64,000 bases of DNA from Desulfobacterales bacterium (GCA_963674755.2 CAXXVS010000002.1:1056001-1120000), one strand, 5' to 3'; positions 38,142-48,312 are shown, numbered from the stretch's first letter. Notes: generated by a model from the letters alone, not told the origin. Numbers and translations: made by a program.

Positions 38142-39719
38142 TCAAGCGAAATAGTCGATGCCGCGTGAACGGTCCCGTCCGGTCGAGGCCTGGTGCATGT
38201 CGGATGGAAGCGGGCGGAGGTCTTCTTCCGGGGTCGCTTGCCCCTTAGAGGCCATCTGGCGAAAAAAGAACTCTCGCTGGCGCTCACCGCGATAAGCATC
38301 GCCCTGGCCGTTCGAAACGGACACTTCGATATGTTCAACGGTCAGCCCCTGATGCTGGAGCTCCGCTTTGAGCTGGTGGGCATGGGTATCGATTAAATCG
38401 CGTGCCGCCGGCGATTCGGTCATGATCTTGATGCTCACCAGGTGGTGCTCTGTTACGACTTGCATCTGAACATGACCGAGATGGTCGGGTTTAAGGGCAA
38501 TGCGCGCCTCGGACTGTTCGCCCCGCACCGCGAATATGGCGCGTTCCACTAGTTGGTTGAAGTTATCCTGATGAAACTGCTCGGTCGCCGCCATGGTGGT
38601 TGCTGCCCCTGCTCCGGGGGATACGGTCTCAGTCCTGCTGGCCGTTGCGGCAGTCGTAATCGATATCATGGGATCGTGCGGGACCTGACGGTCGACGGTT
38701 TGACCGTTAGCGTCGTTCGCCATAGGTGTCAGTGTTTCGCGCCCCGTCGCTCCCGCAGATTCCAAATCGCGCGGCGGCGTCTCCCCATTCGAGGAATGTT
38801 CGCTGCGCATCACCTGTGGTTCGACAGATGTTTTTTGCCCGGGAACATCACGTGCAGCCTCCCCTTTACGGCCGTCAGCCCTGCTCGGGAGCGATTTGGC
38901 ACCCCCGTCCATCGCGAGTCGGCCGTTTTCCCCGGCATCGCCATCTTCCGTGGCGAGGCTGTTTCCGGCACCGGGGGCTTCGTCCCCGGTTTCATCACCG
39001 AGAACCGGCAGGATGGTTTCGGCCTTCTTTTTCTCCTGCAAGGACTTGCCTGTCTGGTTCATCGGGTCGGGCGCAGCGGCACCTCCTGCTGCAATGTTTG
39101 CGGCGTCAGCCGACGGTGGTGACGCCGGTGTCGGGGTTTGCTGCGAAAGATCGACCGGCGTTTGGGAAACTGATTCAGAGGTTGCCTTAGCTACCGTTGC
39201 GGCCTCGGGGTTCACCTTGGGCGCGAGTTCCTCTCCCTGGGCATCGCCGGGCGTAACGGCCTTCTTGTGGAGCGCTTCCTGGGATTGGAAACCAGTTTGC
39301 GATGTGATTGGGGTTTCGTTATTCGTAGCGTTTTCAGCCTTCGCGACGCCCCCCTCTTCACTCTTGCCCGCCGCAGGCCCTGCGGGAATTTCTTCCCCTT
39401 CGAGGTTCTCATTCCGATTCAGCGGGGCCGGCATGGCCTGTGCCGATTCCTCGCCGTTGCAGGGTTTATCCTCATCTCTGACCGATCGGCGCTCTTTAAT
39501 TTCATTGTCGCGTTCATCGCTGGTCTCACTGGCCTGAGATTGGTGGCCGTCTCTTTCTGTATGGTGATGCTCATGGACCGCCTTCAGGGTCGAAGCAAAA
39601 CTGGAGGTGCCTTCCGCCCGGCCGTATTCGCCCGCATTTGGCAAAGGTCTCTCGGTTTTAAGCGTCCCTCCCGTGATTTCCATGGGTCCGGTCGGTAATG
39701 GCATAGCATTCATCATCAT
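38142..39719 (-). CDS. fliK: Hook-length control protein
   Basis: Long low-complexity N-terminus; C-terminal IALKPDHLGHV...LKAELQHQGL domain; precedes flgD. Confidence 0.9.
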   Translation of the reverse strand: MMMNAMPLPTGPMEITGGTLKTERPLPNAGEYGRAEGTSSFASTLKAVHEHHHTERDGHQSQASETSDERDNEIKERRSVRDEDKPCNGEESAQAMPAPLNRNENLEGEEIPAGPAAGKSEEGGVAKAENATNNETPITSQTGFQSQEALHKKAVTPGDAQGEELAPKVNPEAATVAKATSESVSQTPVDLSQQTPTPASPPSADAANIAAGGAAAPDPMNQTGKSLQEKKKAETILPVLGDETGDEAPGAGNSLATEDGDAGENGRLAMDGGAKSLPSRADGRKGEAARDVPGQKTSVEPQVMRSEHSSNGETPPRDLESAGATGRETLTPMANDANGQTVDRQVPHDPMISITTAATASRTETVSPGAGAATTMAATEQFHQDNFNQLVERAIFAVRGEQSEARIALKPDHLGHVQMQVVTEHHLVSIKIMTESPAARDLIDTHAHQLKAELQHQGLTVEHIEVSVSNGQGDAYRGERQREFFFRQMASKGQATPEEDLRPLPSDMHQASTGRDRSRGIDYFA

Positions 39720-39757
39720 TCATCCTTCGTCATCGGTTGGTCATGGGACTCACTTAA

Positions 39758-39773
39758 AGCAGGTTTCATGCCA
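39758..39773 (-). promoter_or_regulatory. Sigma54 promoter for fliK-flgD-flgE
   Basis: Minus strand TGGCATGAAACCTGCT. Confidence 0.78.
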
Positions 39774-39956
39774 TTCCAGTCAATGTTTCCCCTTCCCTCA
39801 CTGCGCAATGCTAACCAGATCATATTGCCTCCGAAATCTGCAGATCCAAAGGGATTCCCCTTGCCGGTTGGGCGGCAACCCTACGCGTATGGCCTTGGCC
39901 GATCAAAACCGTTTATCGGGAAGATCTTACCACCTGCGGCAAATTGTGCCGCCTGC

Positions 39957-40406
39957 TCAGATTTCCCTGGCGTTGCGCTGATAGCGGGTGATCGCCACAT
40001 CGTTCAACAATTTCTGCTCCCTGCCCCGCTCCTCGACTTCCAATTGGTTCAAGTGGTGCTCCCTTAATTTTTCAATCACCTTGCGATCTTTTAAAGCGGC
40101 CATGAGGGCCTGTCGCTGTTTTTCTTTTTCCTGCCGATGCGCCTGAACAACCTTCTCTTGAGCTTGGATTTCAGTATCGAGACGTGTCAGGTAGTGCATA
40201 TACATAAGGATTTCCGCTGCGGCCTCCCCGTTGCGCTGTTGGCGCCGTAAGTCCTTACGGTAGGTTTGACGCGTCGTTTGCATGGCCGCCAACCGCTCCT
40301 GCTGCTGTCGCAATTTCCGCATCTCATCAGCGTATCGTTTGCGCGCGGCATCTTCACGATGCCGGCGATGATTTAGAACGACTTCCAGCTTGAACGGGCG
40401 AGCCAC
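39957..40406 (-). CDS. fliJ: Flagellar export chaperone/stalk FliJ
   Basis: FKLEVVLNHR...RKVIEKLRE...EQKLLND pattern; GGAGG RBS before the GTG start. Confidence 0.92.
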   Translation of the reverse strand: MARPFKLEVVLNHRRHREDAARKRYADEMRKLRQQQERLAAMQTTRQTYRKDLRRQQRNGEAAAEILMYMHYLTRLDTEIQAQEKVVQAHRQEKEKQRQALMAALKDRKVIEKLREHHLNQLEVEERGREQKLLNDVAITRYQRNAREI

Positions 40407-40418
40407 GGCAGGCCTCCA

Positions 40419-41738
40419 TTATTGGAACAAGGCGATCAAATCTTCGATGCTGTCTTCAAAGGTGACCGTATCCGCGACGTCCTGTTGCAAATAGGCGTTG
40501 ATGTTCCCGATCATTTGGATCGCATAGTCGATCTCGGGATTGCTGCCCGCGGCATAGGCGCCGATATTGATGAGATCCTCCGCTTTGCGGTAGGTTGCCA
40601 GAACGGATTTAAATTTTCGCGCGCATTCGCGGTGGCGATCGGCGATGATGTCCTCCATCACACGACTGATGCTGCAGGAGACGTCGATGGCCGGATAATG
40701 GCCCTGCATGGCAAGGTCCCGCGTGAGCACGATATGGCCGTCCAAAATGGATCGTACGGCATCGGCGATGGGTTCATTGGTATCGTCGCCTTCCACCAGA
40801 ACCGTGTACAGTCCTGTTATCGAGCCCCGCGTGGCGGATGTGCCGGCCCTCTCCATCAGCTTGGGCAGAAGGGTGAACACCGACGGGGTGTAGCCTTTGG
40901 TCGTGGGAGGTTCTCCTAAGGCCAGGCCGATTTCCCGCTGGGCCATGGCAAAACGGGTCACGGAATCCATCATTAAATTGACCTTGAGCCCCTGGTCGCG
41001 GAAATATTCCGCTACGGCCGTCGCGATGAAAGCCCCCCTCATCCGGATCAACGGCAAATGATCCGACGTCGCGACAACGATTACCGACCGCTGCAGACCG
41101 TCTTCCCCCAGCTGTTTTTCGATGAAGTCGTTGAGCTCCCGGCCGCGCTCCCCGATCAAGGCGATCACATTCACATCGGCGCGGGTTTTTTTGGCAATCA
41201 TGCCCAGCAGGACACTCTTGCCCACCCCGGAGCCGGCAAAAATGCCGATCCGCTGCCCGCACCCCACTGTCAGCAGCCCGTTGATGGTGCGGACACCCAG
41301 GTCCAAGGGGTCACAGATGCGTTTGCGTTTAAGGGGATTCAGAGGTTTGGCATAGATCGGATAGGCTTCCTTGGCGTGGATAGGGCCTTTGCCGTCGATG
41401 GGATTTCCAATACCGTCGATGATGCGCCCCAGCAGGTGCCGCCCCACGGGGATGTAGGCTTCGGTCTGACGCGCCACCACGCGGCTTCCCGGTCCGATAC
41501 CGTGAATTTCCTCCAGCGGCATGAGCAGCACCCGATTGTCTTTGAAGCCCATGACCTCGGCCGGAAATTTACGGCCGCCGTCCTTGGTGAAAATATCGCA
41601 GACGGTGCCGAGCCGGCATTCCGGACCGATGGATGCCACGGTGAACCCGACGACCTGGCTGACCTTTCCATAGGCTTGAATCGGACGACAATCATCGAGG
41701 CAGGCGTGGTAGCGATCCAGGCATACAAATGAACTCAT
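40419..41738 (-). CDS. fliI: Flagellar export ATPase
   Basis: GIFAGSGVGKS, LIGERGRE, DSVTRFAMAQREIG and LDGHIVL motifs. Confidence 0.97.
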   Translation of the reverse strand: MSSFVCLDRYHACLDDCRPIQAYGKVSQVVGFTVASIGPECRLGTVCDIFTKDGGRKFPAEVMGFKDNRVLLMPLEEIHGIGPGSRVVARQTEAYIPVGRHLLGRIIDGIGNPIDGKGPIHAKEAYPIYAKPLNPLKRKRICDPLDLGVRTINGLLTVGCGQRIGIFAGSGVGKSVLLGMIAKKTRADVNVIALIGERGRELNDFIEKQLGEDGLQRSVIVVATSDHLPLIRMRGAFIATAVAEYFRDQGLKVNLMMDSVTRFAMAQREIGLALGEPPTTKGYTPSVFTLLPKLMERAGTSATRGSITGLYTVLVEGDDTNEPIADAVRSILDGHIVLTRDLAMQGHYPAIDVSCSISRVMEDIIADRHRECARKFKSVLATYRKAEDLINIGAYAAGSNPEIDYAIQMIGNINAYLQQDVADTVTFEDSIEDLIALFQ

Positions 41739-41744
41739 AATAGT

Positions 41745-42476
41745 CTATCTCTGCTCGGCAATGGTGCTGCGCATCTCGGCGCGCAAGGCTTCTTCGATAT
41801 AGCGCAGCTGTTCTTCAAGCCGTGCATCGACCTCGCCATATTCGGTGTGGATATAACAGCCCCCGCTTTCGATTCCGGCATCTTCTTCAAAATGGATGTT
41901 TTCAAAATTTTCAAAAGCGGCCTGCGAGCGTTCTCCGGCCTCCCGTAACCGCTTAAGATCGAGGGGATTCAATCGAATGGAAATTTTCTCGGGGTCATCC
42001 AACTGGGCCATCGCCTCTTTGACAACCCCGATAATGGCATCATCGGAAATCGCTACTTCCCGCTGGATCACCTTGCGTGCCACATGCATGGCCAGCTCCA
42101 CCACTTCCCGCTCCAGCTGCTGTTTTATCCGGTTGCGAACCCCATCGAGTTCGGCGAGGGTCGTCTGCAACGTCGTGATCAAGGGGGCGGTTTTTTCCTG
42201 GGCAGCTATCCGACCGTCTTCTTGTCCTTTACGCAACCCCTTTTCATATGCCTGACGGTGAATGTCTTCTTCCTTTAATCGCAGTTGATCTTCGGGCGTT
42301 AAAGATCTTGATCCGTGGATCGTCGCAGCGGAAACCGTTAGATTTCCGGCCCCGGGCGCACTGCTCCCCTGGACAGCACCCTCATCACCAGCATGCGGTG
42401 CCGGAATGCTGGGAAAATAGTGGAGCCGGAAGGTATTGACCTGTTCCGTGTTGGAGCTTTTGATGATCTTACGCAA
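41745..42476 (-). CDS. fliH: Flagellar assembly protein
   Basis: AYEKGLRKGQEDG GxxxG repeats; IRLNPLD; GGCYI.TEYG.VDA. Confidence 0.92.
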   Translation of the reverse strand: MRKIIKSSNTEQVNTFRLHYFPSIPAPHAGDEGAVQGSSAPGAGNLTVSAATIHGSRSLTPEDQLRLKEEDIHRQAYEKGLRKGQEDGRIAAQEKTAPLITTLQTTLAELDGVRNRIKQQLEREVVELAMHVARKVIQREVAISDDAIIGVVKEAMAQLDDPEKISIRLNPLDLKRLREAGERSQAAFENFENIHFEEDAGIESGGCYIHTEYGEVDARLEEQLRYIEEALRAEMRSTIAEQR

Positions 42477-43446
42477 CGAGCGCCTCTCCCCGTCGTCCGC
42501 TGATGATCAATTCGCCCTTGAATTCCATATCTTGAATCAATCCGGTGATTTTTTGCTGGGCGGCTGAGACATCGTTCATGCGGACCGGTCCCATGTCGGC
42601 AATTTCTTCACGCAGCATATCGCCGGCGCGGGCCGACATGTTGCGGAAAACTTTCTCTTTGACCTCGTCCGAAGCCGCCTTCAGGGCCACGGCCAGTTCC
42701 GCTGTCTCCACTTTGCGCAGCAGTTTCTGGAAGCCCTTGTCATCCACCAGAATAATATCTTCGAACACGAACATTTTCTGTTTGATCTGAGCCGCCAGTT
42801 CGGGGTTTTGTTCTTCGATTTCCCCCATAATCAGCTCACTGGACATCTCATCGGCCAGGTTAAGAATCTCGGCTAAGCGGTCAACACCGCAAGCTTCGTG
42901 GGTTTGGGAGGTTTCCTTGTTACTCAGGATAGCCTCGATAACCTGGTTGATTTCCTCCACCATACCGCTGCTGACTTTATCCAGCCTGGCAATCCGCAGG
43001 GCGACGTCTGTTTTGACCTCATCCGGCAGGCGCGACATGACCTCGCTGGCCGCTTCGGTTTTGGCATGGACCAGAATGATGGCTATCGTTTGGGGGTGTT
43101 CGTTCTCCACCAGTTTGAACAGCCGGTCCGGTTCAAGCGTGGCAATCGCTTCCAGGTTGGTACCACCGGATTTGGCCACCGCCTTGGCATCGCTATCGTC
43201 ATTTAAGGCTTTGCCGGGGTTTCGGTCATTTGCAGGGCGGTTCCGACGCTGCATCTTTTCGACAAACTCCTCCGCAATTTTCTCCACCAACTCGGGCGAT
43301 ACAGTGCCCAATTGTTCCATCTGGGCGAGTACGGCCTGCTTTTCCGTATCGGCCAGATTGCGCATTATGATCTGGGACGTTTCCGCGCCCAGAGATTGGA
43401 TCAAAATCGCAATTTTTAATGAACCCGGGAGATTCCGCGCATCCAT
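42469..43446 (-). CDS. fliG: Motor switch protein
   Basis: EHPQTIA, KMFVFED and NMSARA...LREE...GPVR motifs. Confidence 0.96.
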   Translation of the reverse strand: MDARNLPGSLKIAILIQSLGAETSQIIMRNLADTEKQAVLAQMEQLGTVSPELVEKIAEEFVEKMQRRNRPANDRNPGKALNDDSDAKAVAKSGGTNLEAIATLEPDRLFKLVENEHPQTIAIILVHAKTEAASEVMSRLPDEVKTDVALRIARLDKVSSGMVEEINQVIEAILSNKETSQTHEACGVDRLAEILNLADEMSSELIMGEIEEQNPELAAQIKQKMFVFEDIILVDDKGFQKLLRKVETAELAVALKAASDEVKEKVFRNMSARAGDMLREEIADMGPVRMNDVSAAQQKITGLIQDMEFKGELIISGRRGEALVA

Positions 43447-43476
43447 GTCAACTTATCCCCTTGTCACCCAAGCGGT

Positions 43477-45084
43477 TTAACGCTCCTGAATCCAGTCTCG
43501 CATCACACCCAGGGAATTTTGGTTATCACTCGCAATCATCTGTTGAACCCGGTCACGGTACGGCAGACTGGCGGCATTTCTGGTATATTCCCGCTCCAAT
43601 TCACTGACGGTCTTCGGCAATTGGCGTACAATCTGTCCTCCGGCGGGTTCCGCCGTGAGCCACCGGACAATCGGGCGAACCAGAAACATAAAACTGAAGA
43701 TGACAAACAACCCCAGGAGCAGGTACTCGATAATAAACTTGAACTTGCGGATCATATCGATCCAATTGCCGGTTGGTTCATCCGTCTTGCTTGAATCCAG
43801 TTGGCCCGTTTCAAAGGGTATATTTTCGATTTCCACGGTATCGCCGCGCCTGGCATCAAAATTGATAGCGCTTTTGACGATTTTCTCGAACTGCGCCATT
43901 TCCTCGGCCGTGCGAGCCGTGTACTGCCACTCTTCCTTGCCCTTGCGTTTGGAAACGTTCTGGTAGTTGCCGTCCACGATCACCGCCGCGGAAACGCGGC
44001 GCACCGTGCCGGAAGGCATCACTTTACGGCTGACCACTTTGCCGATCTCGTAGTTCTTGGTCTGATCCTGCTTGCGGAACAGGGTCGCATTGCCGCTTCC
44101 GGATTGTCCCTGCTGGGTATTGTCAATGCCGACGCTGTTGGAGTTGATATTGGCGCTGACCCCCGGCACACCCATGGCCGCAGGACTGTTGTCCGTGGTT
44201 GCCTCGTCGTGGATTTGTTCGCTGCGCACCACCTGATTTTCCGGCAAAAACGTTTCTTCGGTCTGCTCTTGCCGCATGAAATCGAGGTCACAGGAAACCC
44301 TTACGATGGCTTTGTCAGGCCCTAGGACTTCTTCCAGCATGGTCTTGATGCGGCTTTCCAGAGAGCTTTCCATTTTGCGCTGATACATGAATTGGTCGGT
44401 GCTCATGGCGGCTGCGGAAGTTGACTCCCCCTTTCCGGCCAGCAGCTTGCCGCGGTTGTCCACAACGGTCACATTTTCCGTATCCAACCCGGATATGCTC
44501 GATGAGACCAGGTGGACGATGCCCTGGATCTGACTCTGTCCGAGCTGTTTCCCCGGCTTCAGTTTTAAAACCACCGAGGCGCTGGCCGGTGTCGCATCTT
44601 CAATAAACAAGGTCTGGGTCGGCATGACGATGTGGATGCGGGAGCTTTCGATTTCGTCGATTTGATTGATCGTGCGCGCCAGCTCACCCTGCAGGGCGCG
44701 CTGATAATTGACATTCTGCATGAATTCGGTCATGCCGAGTTTGGCATTGTCAAAAACCTCAAACCCGATCCCGGACCCCTGGGGAAGCCCTTCGGAAGCC
44801 ATGACCATGCGCAGCTCGTAGACTTTCTCCGCCGGCACCTCGATGCAGGAGCCCCCGTCGGTTATCTGGTAGGGAACCTTCTGGCTTTTCAATTGTTCGA
44901 CAATCATCCCGGCGTCGTCCATCGACAAACCCGTATAAAGTCTTTCAAAATTGGGACGGCCGCTCCATTGGATGAGATAGATCAACCCACCCACCGTCAG
45001 TCCGATGATCGCCAGAAGACTGACCTTTTTTTTAAGAGGCATGGCGGCCAGCGCCGCTCCCAATTGTCCCGCAACCTTATCCAT
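43477..45084 (-). CDS. fliF: MS-ring protein
   Basis: Two TM helices; GFEVFD...GMTEF.Q.VNYQRALQGELARTI and ASASVVL motifs. Confidence 0.97.
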   Translation of the reverse strand: MDKVAGQLGAALAAMPLKKKVSLLAIIGLTVGGLIYLIQWSGRPNFERLYTGLSMDDAGMIVEQLKSQKVPYQITDGGSCIEVPAEKVYELRMVMASEGLPQGSGIGFEVFDNAKLGMTEFMQNVNYQRALQGELARTINQIDEIESSRIHIVMPTQTLFIEDATPASASVVLKLKPGKQLGQSQIQGIVHLVSSSISGLDTENVTVVDNRGKLLAGKGESTSAAAMSTDQFMYQRKMESSLESRIKTMLEEVLGPDKAIVRVSCDLDFMRQEQTEETFLPENQVVRSEQIHDEATTDNSPAAMGVPGVSANINSNSVGIDNTQQGQSGSGNATLFRKQDQTKNYEIGKVVSRKVMPSGTVRRVSAAVIVDGNYQNVSKRKGKEEWQYTARTAEEMAQFEKIVKSAINFDARRGDTVEIENIPFETGQLDSSKTDEPTGNWIDMIRKFKFIIEYLLLGLFVIFSFMFLVRPIVRWLTAEPAGGQIVRQLPKTVSELEREYTRNAASLPYRDRVQQMIASDNQNSLGVMRDWIQER

Positions 45085-45110
45085 GAATCAGGATCCCTTC
45101 GCCTTAGTTA

Positions 45111-45248
45111 GTGTTCATCCAGAGATGGTAGATTTTGGTTTCGGCCAAGGCCGCCGTGATTTGGAAACCGCAGGCCTAGCGGGGCTACGCGAGGATTTCC
45201 AAAGCGCCCGCCGGCCGGTGCCAAAAGACGCCACATATGGATGAGCAC
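45111..45248 (-). other. Long imperfect inverted repeat / structured RNA in the fliE-fliF spacer
   Basis: Nested complementary segments TCATCCA/TGGATGA, TTTTGG/CCAAAA, GGCCG/CGGCC, TTTGGAAA/TTTCCAAA and TAGC/GCTA. Confidence 0.55.
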
Positions 45249-45251
45249 CGG

Positions 45252-45554
45252 TTAGATCTGCATGCGCATAACGGTCTCGTAGGCGGATACCACTTTGTTG
45301 CGTATCTGCATGAGAAGCTGGAAGGAAACATCGGCCTTCTGGAGCGCGATCATGGTGTTGTGGACATCGGCGCTACGCCCTGCGGCCAGCGCTTCGACTG
45401 CCTGGTCCGCCTCATGGTGCAATTTGCCGACCTCTCCGATGGCCCCCGTAAGAAGGTCGCCGAATCCTTTTGAACGCTCGGCAGAGGTCGCTTGGCCGTT
45501 GACCGGTGGCATCGGCAAAGGGCTGGATACCCCTTTAATCGTCATGTCGCTCAT
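45252..45554 (-). CDS. fliE: Hook-basal body protein
   Basis: DVHNTMIALQKA.VSFQLLMQIRNKVVSAY...MRMQI motif. Confidence 0.95.
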   Translation of the reverse strand: MSDMTIKGVSSPLPMPPVNGQATSAERSKGFGDLLTGAIGEVGKLHHEADQAVEALAAGRSADVHNTMIALQKADVSFQLLMQIRNKVVSAYETVMRMQI

Positions 45555-45557
45555 GAA

Positions 45558-45998
45558 TTACCTCCCGATTTCCAGGGCTTTCAGAACCATGTTCTTGGTG
45601 GCCTTCACTGCCGCAATGTTGGCTTCATAGCTGCGGGAAGCCGACACCAGATTGACCATTTCCTCGGTCACACTGATATTGGGCATGGCGACAAATCCAT
45701 TTTGGTCGGCATCCGGATGATCCGGTTCATATTTCATGATGGGATCGCGGCCGTCTTTCACGACGCCGACCGTTTGGACCTCCACAACCTCACCCTGCTG
45801 ACGGGCCTGCAGGACATCCTGGAAGGAATCGGCACGCGGCGAAGCGGCCGAAAAAATCGGTTCGCGCCTTTGGTAGGGCCCCCCTTCAGGTGTACGGGTG
45901 GTATTCACATTGGCCAGGTTACCGGCAATCAGTTTCATGCGCATTCGCTGGGCCGACAATCCGGACGCACTGGCGCGCAACGCATCAAGAAATCCCAT
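45558..45998 (-). CDS. flgC: Proximal rod protein
   Basis: ASGLSAQR.RM..IAGNLAN, YEPDHPDAD and RSYEAN motifs. Confidence 0.97.
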   Translation of the reverse strand: MGFLDALRASASGLSAQRMRMKLIAGNLANVNTTRTPEGGPYQRREPIFSAASPRADSFQDVLQARQQGEVVEVQTVGVVKDGRDPIMKYEPDHPDADQNGFVAMPNISVTEEMVNLVSASRSYEANIAAVKATKNMVLKALEIGR

Positions 45999-46000
45999 GA

Positions 46001-46420
46001 CTATTGTCCCCCTTTGATAACGTCTTTGAGCATTTTGAACTTGCTTGAAATAATGCGTGTGGCCGTATTGTAGAGCAATGTGTTTTCCGCCAGATTGGCC
46101 ATCTCGCGGTCCAGTTCGACCGTATTGCCGTCACCTCTTAGTGCCAGCGGATCCTCTTCAACGCGCTCGATACGTCCCAAATCCGAGGAACCGGAGAAGG
46201 CCGTCCCAAGGTGTCCCACCTGGGTCCTGGTCATGCTCAGTTGCGGCTGATTCCCGTTGGCATCTTGCATCTCCTCGCCCACCATCATTTTAAAGGCTTT
46301 GAAGTTGGGCGTGTCCATGTTGGCGATATTCGAGGTTATCAATTTCTGGTTTTGGGCGCGCAGATTCAAGGAGCGTTCCAGGGTCGCCATGGTTTTGTCG
46401 AACAGCATATTTGCTTTCAT
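46001..46420 (-). CDS. flgB: Proximal rod protein
   Basis: SNIANMDTPNFK and RGDGNTVELDREM motifs. Confidence 0.96.
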   Translation of the reverse strand: MKANMLFDKTMATLERSLNLRAQNQKLITSNIANMDTPNFKAFKMMVGEEMQDANGNQPQLSMTRTQVGHLGTAFSGSSDLGRIERVEEDPLALRGDGNTVELDREMANLAENTLLYNTATRIISSKFKMLKDVIKGGQ

Positions 46421-47874
46421 CGGTCGGCATCCTTTCCAAGCGCTTCCGTGCGCTGCCTGTATTCGCGAAGCTTGTTGCGCAAGGTGCGCACACTGATGCC
46501 CAGCATTTGGGCCGCCCGCTCACGGTGGTCGTTCACCTCGTGCAGCGTTTTCCTGATAAGCGCTTCCTCGACGGCCTTGACCGAAAGACCGGCCCGAATG
46601 GCCAGCGGGTCAGAAGCATCGTCGGCCCCTTGATCCGGTTGGCAAGCCTGCCCCGGTATTCCGTTCAGTGAGCCGATCAAAACAGCGCGTTCGATGCTGT
46701 TTTCAAGTTCGCGGATGTTCCCCTGCCATTCACGGCGCATCCACAATGCCATCGTATTTGCATCGATTTCAGGTGGTTCTCTCTGATATTGATGGCTGAA
46801 GCGCCCCAGGAAGTGATTCACCAGAAGCGGAATATCCTCACGTCGTTCCCGCAAGGGTGGCAGGTGCAGCGGGATAACGTTGATGCGATAGTAGAGATCT
46901 TCCCGCATCTTCCCGCTGCGGACCAGGTGCTCGAGATCGCGATTGCTGATGGCAATCACCTGGGCATCGAACGGAACCTGCTGCCGGCTTCCGATACGAT
47001 CGATCCGTCTCTCCTGGAGCACACGCAGGAGTTTGGCCTGCAGCGTCAAAGGCATTTCACTGATTTCGTCCAAAACCAGGGTGCCTTCGCCGGCTTGTTC
47101 GAATTTGCCCTCTTTGCGGCTCATGGCCCCGGTGAAAGCGCCTTTCTCGTATCCAAAAAGCTCGCTCTCCATCAGGGTGTCGGGCAGGGCCGCACAATTG
47201 ACGGCGACGTAGGGCGCCGCGCTACGGCCGGAATGCCGGTGGATATAGGAGGCCAGGACCTCCTTGCCCGTTCCGCTTTCACCGGTGATCAGAACAGTGG
47301 CCCGACTGCCGGCGACGGCCCGGCCGGTTTCCAAAATCTGCTTTATGGCCGGGTTATCCGTAATAAAAGGATTGTCCTCCAAGGAGCGGGTCGCATGGTG
47401 TGATGAAACAAGCCGGGTTTCACGGGTCACAAGATGGAGCACGCACGATTCAAGCATGTCCGCCCCGAGGGGCTTCATCAGGTAGTCCATCGCGCCGTTC
47501 TGCATCGCGTCCACAGCATGCCGAACCGTGGCCGCGGCGGTTGTCATCACCACCGTAAGCTCAGGGTTTTCAATCTGCAGGCGCTTCAGAAGATCCATAC
47601 CGTGACGGTCATCCGCACTACTGTCGATTAGGGCGAGCGCATAAGTCCGCTGGGCCAAACAGTGCAGGGCTTGTTCGGCACTGTCGACCTTTTCCAAGGA
47701 AAGCCCTCTTCTCCGCAAACGGCGTACGACCTGCATTGGCAAGTCGTCCGCTTTGTCGACGATTAAAATGGCGCACGGCGTCGTTTCATCGGGGCAGCCG
47801 GTATCAAGGTTAAGGGCGGCTTGACTCATGACGTCACGATGATCCTTGGATGGCTGCTCTGTCGATGGCGGCAA
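46417..47874 (-). CDS. Sigma54-dependent enhancer-binding regulator (REC-AAA+-HTH; FleR/FlrC/FlgR-like)
   Basis: GESGTGKE, ESELFGYEKGAFTGA, LDEISE and GNIRELEN motifs; Fis-type HTH AAQMLGISVRTLRNKL; stop overlaps the flgB start; exact start uncertain (47874 or 47829). Confidence 0.92.
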   Translation of the reverse strand: MPPSTEQPSKDHRDVMSQAALNLDTGCPDETTPCAILIVDKADDLPMQVVRRLRRRGLSLEKVDSAEQALHCLAQRTYALALIDSSADDRHGMDLLKRLQIENPELTVVMTTAAATVRHAVDAMQNGAMDYLMKPLGADMLESCVLHLVTRETRLVSSHHATRSLEDNPFITDNPAIKQILETGRAVAGSRATVLITGESGTGKEVLASYIHRHSGRSAAPYVAVNCAALPDTLMESELFGYEKGAFTGAMSRKEGKFEQAGEGTLVLDEISEMPLTLQAKLLRVLQERRIDRIGSRQQVPFDAQVIAISNRDLEHLVRSGKMREDLYYRINVIPLHLPPLRERREDIPLLVNHFLGRFSHQYQREPPEIDANTMALWMRREWQGNIRELENSIERAVLIGSLNGIPGQACQPDQGADDASDPLAIRAGLSVKAVEEALIRKTLHEVNDHRERAAQMLGISVRTLRNKLREYRQRTEALGKDADR

Positions 47875-47953
47875 TGAGATCGGTCATATTGTTTTATTTT
47901 TCTATAAGTTATGACACTTACCGGAATATGCCGGCGGAAACGCTCATCTTTTC

Positions 47954-47969
47954 TGCAATCTATATGCCA
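47954..47969 (-). promoter_or_regulatory. Sigma54 promoter for the regulator-flgBC-fliE-J operon
   Basis: Minus strand TGGCATATAGATTGCA. Confidence 0.85.
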
Positions 47970-48209
47970 CTCACACCGGACGGCATTGGGCCCCCATTAA
48001 TGGTCTGGGACCCCTCAACCCTGGAATGGGGAAACCTATGTTAACCATCTATTTTCGCTTTATTTCTAATCCGTTATCACGATTCGGAACAACACTTGGA
48101 AAGGCCTGTGACATGAGGAAGGAAATGAAACGCGGAAGGTCGTTCGTCAAAATCGACAGTTTTTCGTCATCTCTTTGACGCTACTAGCGCCTGGGATCAA
48201 ACCCGGGGC

Positions 48210-48236
48210 TCAAGAAAATCTTTCTCCGGTCGATAA
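48210..48236 (+). promoter_or_regulatory. Sigma28-like promoter upstream of the diguanylate cyclase
   Basis: TCAA-N15-GTCGATAA. Confidence 0.55.
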
Positions 48237-48312
48237 TAGACGCGTCAGATCTCGGTCGCCGGGGGGGCGACGTTATGGCGGTTACCATCAAGGGAGGCAG
48301 GAGAAAAACGGC

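Noticed and set aside
48175..48312. 46-aa N-terminal extension of the GGDEF protein
   Set aside because: The TTG start overlaps the enhancer box and precedes the sigma28-like promoter; a good RBS precedes the ATG at 48313.
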